DNA of 64,000 nt from an uncultured Bacilli bacterium. Lineage in GTDB: Bacteria > Bacillota_I > Bacilli_A > RF39 > UBA660. Positions 60,672 to 64,000 of the stretch are shown here, piece by piece. The stretch covers positions 27,069 to 91,068 of the forward strand of contig CAKOLD010000001.1 in NCBI GenBank assembly GCA_934096015.1, written 5' to 3'. A model generated the notes under the pieces. That model saw only the letters and a list, made by a program, of their open reading frames with translations, made no database searches and had not been told where the DNA came from. The position numbers and the translations under genes are program-made. Positions within the stretch are counted from its first letter, which is position 1. Every line of letters begins with the position of its first letter.

Positions 60672-61925
60672 ATGAAAAAACTAATTATTGAAGGCCAACA
60701 CATTTTAGAAGGAACAATAAAAATAGGAGGAGCCAAAAATTCAGTAGTAGCTTTAATTCCAGCAGCTATGTTAACTAATGATATTGTTGAAATTGTCAAT
60801 GTTCCTAATATAAGTGATGTCAAGAAATTAATTGAAATGATCAAAATTTTAGGGGCAGAAGTAACTTATAGCAATGAAACGTTAATCATAAATAACAAAC
60901 ATGCAAGAAATGCTGAAATTCCAGCAGAATATGCCAATAGTATAAGAGCATCATATTATTTTATGGGAGTACTTTTATCAAAATATAAAAAAGCCAAAAT
61001 TTCTTACCCTGGAGGCTGCGTAATTGGAAGTAGACCAATCGATTTTCATATTAATGGGTTTAAAAAAATGGGCGCTAAAGTTACAATAGAAAATAACACA
61101 TATACAATTGAAGCTGAAAAATTAAAAGGAGCCAACATCTTTTTAGATTTTGCAAGTGTAGGAGCTACTATAAATTTAATGTTTGCCGCCATATATGCAG
61201 AAGGAATTACTAGAATATTTAATGCAGCTAAAGAACCAGAAATAGTTAATATAGCATCACTTTTAAACAGTATGGGAGCCAAAGTAGAAGGAGCTGGAAC
61301 TAGCGAAATCAAAATAACAGGTGTTATTTCCTTATCTAGAGGAATTGTAGAAGTAATTCCAGATAGAATTGAAGCAGGAACCTATATTATGATTGGAACA
61401 CTTTTAGGTAAAAACTTAAAAATTCAAGGTGTAATCAAAGAACATTTAGAATCTGTTTTAACTAAATTGGCCGAAACAGGAGCGAATTTTAAAATAGAAG
61501 GTGACACCATCGAAGTTAATAAAGTAGAACATTTAAAACCAGTAAATGTAAAAACTTTAGTATATCCTGGATTTCCTACAGACTTAGGGCAACCAATGAG
61601 TACTCTTTTAACTCAATGTGAAGGTGAATCACTTTTTGAAGAAACAATCTATGAAAATAGAATGAGACACATAAAACACTTAAATGATATGGGAGCAAAT
61701 ATAAAATTATTTAACAATCAGGCAGCCATTAAAGGAAAAACTCCGTTAACTGGAACAACAGTAGTCGCAACTGATTTACGTGCCGGAGCCGCAATGATGG
61801 TAGCCGGAATGATTGCTTCAGGAACAACAACAATTTCCAATATAGAACATATTTTAAGAGGATATGAAAATATAGTAGAAAAAATAAATAAAGTGGGAGG
61901 AAAGATTGAATTAATTGATGATTAA
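60672..61925 (+). CDS. murA: UDP-N-acetylglucosamine 1-carboxyvinyltransferase
   Basis: N-terminus KKLIIEGQHILEGTIKIGGAKNSVVALIPAAMLT. Active-site Cys context PGGCVIGSRPID. About 417 aa. Confidence 0.9.
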   Translation: MKKLIIEGQHILEGTIKIGGAKNSVVALIPAAMLTNDIVEIVNVPNISDVKKLIEMIKILGAEVTYSNETLIINNKHARNAEIPAEYANSIRASYYFMGVLLSKYKKAKISYPGGCVIGSRPIDFHINGFKKMGAKVTIENNTYTIEAEKLKGANIFLDFASVGATINLMFAAIYAEGITRIFNAAKEPEIVNIASLLNSMGAKVEGAGTSEIKITGVISLSRGIVEVIPDRIEAGTYIMIGTLLGKNLKIQGVIKEHLESVLTKLAETGANFKIEGDTIEVNKVEHLKPVNVKTLVYPGFPTDLGQPMSTLLTQCEGESLFEETIYENRMRHIKHLNDMGANIKLFNNQAAIKGKTPLTGTTVVATDLRAGAAMMVAGMIASGTTTISNIEHILRGYENIVEKINKVGGKIELIDD

Positions 61926-62020
61926 TTTAATTATTACTTGCAATAAATAAAAATTATGATATACTATCTAAGTAATTATTTATCTATAACTATTACTAGT
62001 TATGGCGGAAGGAGTGTATT

Positions 62021-62230
62021 ATGAAAGCAAATATACATCCAGAACAAAAAGAATGTGTTATTACTTGCGCATGTGGTGCAACTTTTACAACAAAATCAAA
62101 TAAAGATAGTCATAAAGTAGAAGTTTGTAGTGAATGTCATCCATTCTATACAGGAGCACAAGGAAAACATAAGAGAACTGGAAACGTAGAAAAATTTAGA
62201 AGAAAATACAATTTAGAAGATGCTGCATAA
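62021..62230 (+). CDS. rpmE: 50S ribosomal protein L31 (Zn-ribbon type)
   Basis: [24 protein letters not shown]...[10 protein letters not shown] has a CxxC...CxxC zinc ribbon. A GGAAGGAG RBS precedes it. Confidence 0.9.
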   Translation: MKANIHPEQKECVITCACGATFTTKSNKDSHKVEVCSECHPFYTGAQGKHKRTGNVEKFRRKYNLEDAA

Positions 62231-62280
62231 GCATCTTTTTTGTTTTATTATAACATGCTATAATTATATTAGGTGATAAA

Positions 62281-63276
62281 ATGAGTAAAGTAAAATATCT
62301 ATGCACAAGAATATTAAAAATGGATTATAAATCATTTTTTAAAACCATTAACGATGTTCATCAAAAAAGTCAAAAATCGAAAATTATAATATTTTTTGAC
62401 ATCATTCATTGTGGAATAAAATATGAAGCTGGATATGTAGATTACAAATTATTTGAAATGTACAATTTATCCGAAAAAGAACGTGCAACAATAGTAACAA
62501 GAGGAAAAAATAATAAGTTAATAAAAAAATATAACAATCCAAAAGAAACTTATAAATTTGAAGATAAAGCTTTATTTAATAAACTATATAATAAATATTT
62601 AAATAGAGAATGGTTACTATTAGATGATAATTTAGATGAATTCACAAAATTTATAGAAAATAAAAAAGAAATAATCGTCAAACCTTTATCATTATCTTGT
62701 GGAAAAGGAGTAGAAAAAATAGAATTAAAAAATAAGAATCCTAAATCTCTTTTTCAAACTCTAAAAAAGAATGGCCAATTATTAGTAGAAGAAGTAGCCA
62801 TTCAACACGATGTAATAAATAAAGTTTACCCATATTCTATAAATACTGTACGTATAGTAACATTAAATAAGCAAGTTGTAGCAGCATTTATTCGTTTTGG
62901 AAACAACAAAAATGTAGTAGATAATTTTAATCATGGAGGAATGGTAACAACAATTAATATAGAAACTGGAATTGTGGAATATCCTGCAATAGATAAAAGT
63001 GGAAACGTTTATAAAAAACATCCACTCACAAAAGAACCTATCATTGGATTACAAATTCCTATGTGGGATAAAGTAAAAAAACTATGTATAGATGCTTGTG
63101 ATGTAACAGAAGAAATTGGATATATTGGATGGGATGTATGCGTTGGAAAAAATCAACCATCCCTTATAGAAGGAAATGATTTTCCAGGTCATGATTTATA
63201 CCAACTTCCAGTCCACAGAAAAGACGGAAATGGTTTAATGCCAATTTTAGAAAAGGCAATGAGAGGTGAAAAATGA
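62281..63276 (+). CDS. ATP-grasp domain protein (TupA-like, sugar-transfer-associated family)
   Basis: IIVKPLSLSCGKGVEKIE is a central ATP-grasp-like segment. About 330 aa, adjacent to cell-envelope genes. The assignment is tentative. Confidence 0.4.
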   Translation: MSKVKYLCTRILKMDYKSFFKTINDVHQKSQKSKIIIFFDIIHCGIKYEAGYVDYKLFEMYNLSEKERATIVTRGKNNKLIKKYNNPKETYKFEDKALFNKLYNKYLNREWLLLDDNLDEFTKFIENKKEIIVKPLSLSCGKGVEKIELKNKNPKSLFQTLKKNGQLLVEEVAIQHDVINKVYPYSINTVRIVTLNKQVVAAFIRFGNNKNVVDNFNHGGMVTTINIETGIVEYPAIDKSGNVYKKHPLTKEPIIGLQIPMWDKVKKLCIDACDVTEEIGYIGWDVCVGKNQPSLIEGNDFPGHDLYQLPVHRKDGNGLMPILEKAMRGEK

Positions 63277-63722
63277 AAATAGCTATAGCAACAGATCACA
63301 ATGGAGTAAAAGAAAAACAAGAACTAATTAAATATTTAGAAGAAAAAAATTATCAAGTTTTTGATATGAGCACTAATAATACCCCTACAGATGACTATCC
63401 AGACTTTGCATTCAAAGTTGCAACAAGTGTTGCAAAAGGTGAAGTAGATTACGGTATATTATTATGTGGAACCGGAATTGGTATGTCGATTGCCGCTAAT
63501 AAAGTAAAAGGAATAAGATGTGCTCATGTTTCGAGCAAAGAAGATGCAGTTCATACAAGAAATGATAATGATGCTAATATAATAGCATTGAGTTATAAAA
63601 ACAATTTAGATGATCTAAAAAGTATAATAATCACTTTTTTAGAAACTCCATTTTCAAAAGAGGAAAGACATCAACGTAGAATAGATAAAATAAAACAATA
63701 CGAGGATTCAAATGTCAATTAA
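63273..63722 (+). CDS. rpiB: ribose-5-phosphate isomerase B (RpiB/LacAB family)
   Basis: MKIAIATDHNGVKEKQELIKYLEEKNY...GILLCGTGIGMSIAANKVKGIRCA is the RpiB signature. Confidence 0.85.
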   Translation: MKIAIATDHNGVKEKQELIKYLEEKNYQVFDMSTNNTPTDDYPDFAFKVATSVAKGEVDYGILLCGTGIGMSIAANKVKGIRCAHVSSKEDAVHTRNDNDANIIALSYKNNLDDLKSIIITFLETPFSKEERHQRRIDKIKQYEDSNVN

Positions 63723-63909
63723 AGCTCTCTTATATGTTTTATTTTCATTAATAAGTGCATATATATTATCGAGTATTAATTACAATAACTTTTTTAAAAA
63801 AAATAAAATTATTGAATCCAGAATATTTATTATACTACTTAGTTTTATAATGAGTTACTTAATTACTAATTTTATTGTTGATTTTTTATCATCAAGTCAA
63901 ATACTATAG
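63712..63909 (+). CDS. small hydrophobic protein (2 TM), hypothetical
   Basis: 65 aa ORF overlapping the rpiB stop. Membrane-like composition. Confidence 0.25.
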   Translation: MSIKALLYVLFSLISAYILSSINYNNFFKKNKIIESRIFIILLSFIMSYLITNFIVDFLSSSQIL

Positions 63910-64000
63910 AAGGGAAAAATATGAATAAAAATAAAATATTAATATTTATTATTCTTTTTTTAATACCAATATCTGTAATAAGTTTTTTAGTAAAATCAAA

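Noticed and set aside
1-64000. Mollicute-type genetic code (UGA=Trp), suggested by the extreme AT richness
   Set aside because: TGG is used for Trp in conserved positions (for example NWWCVLFPPLC in SpoIIR). TGA terminates well-aligned genes (spoIIR, mtERF-like ORFs). All conserved proteins are full length under table 11.

Overview
This 64 kb window is chromosomal DNA from a very AT-rich, low-GC Firmicute spanning the replication-origin region. The standard genetic code is in use: TGG encodes Trp and TGA/TAA/TAG act as stops, so it is not a Mollicute. Gene order is strikingly Bacillus-like. On the minus strand it runs metG, tatD, yabE-like, ksgA, yabG, veg, spoVG ... yabP-yabQ-divIC, then spoVT, mfd, pth. 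Further along on the minus strand come yabB, yaaT, holB, bofA, recR, ebfC, dnaX, tadA, SRP RNA, gyrA, gyrB, recF, dnaN and dnaA. The divergent plus-strand block is rpmH, rnpA, yidC, jag, mnmE, mnmG, rsmG and parB. Many sporulation-associated genes are present (spoVT, spoVG, yabG, yabP/yabQ, bofA, spoIIR, and a BclA-like collagen protein next to a glycosyltransferase). RNA genes found are tRNA-Cys, tmRNA (ssrA), a small SRP RNA and a Met T-box leader upstream of metG. Points worth follow-up: (1) an origin-like module downstream of gyrA, with perfect and near-perfect DnaA boxes, (TTTATA)x4 and three copies of the 18-bp palindrome ATGTTTCACGTGAAACAT; (2) an in-frame TAA inside the essential metG; (3) spoIIR with no canonical start codon; (4) a ComK-family protein between recF and dnaN; (5) an mTERF-like repeat protein split over two overlapping ORFs; (6) an orphan ParB with an atypical C-terminus. 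No transposases, integrases, CRISPR arrays or obvious defence islands were seen.
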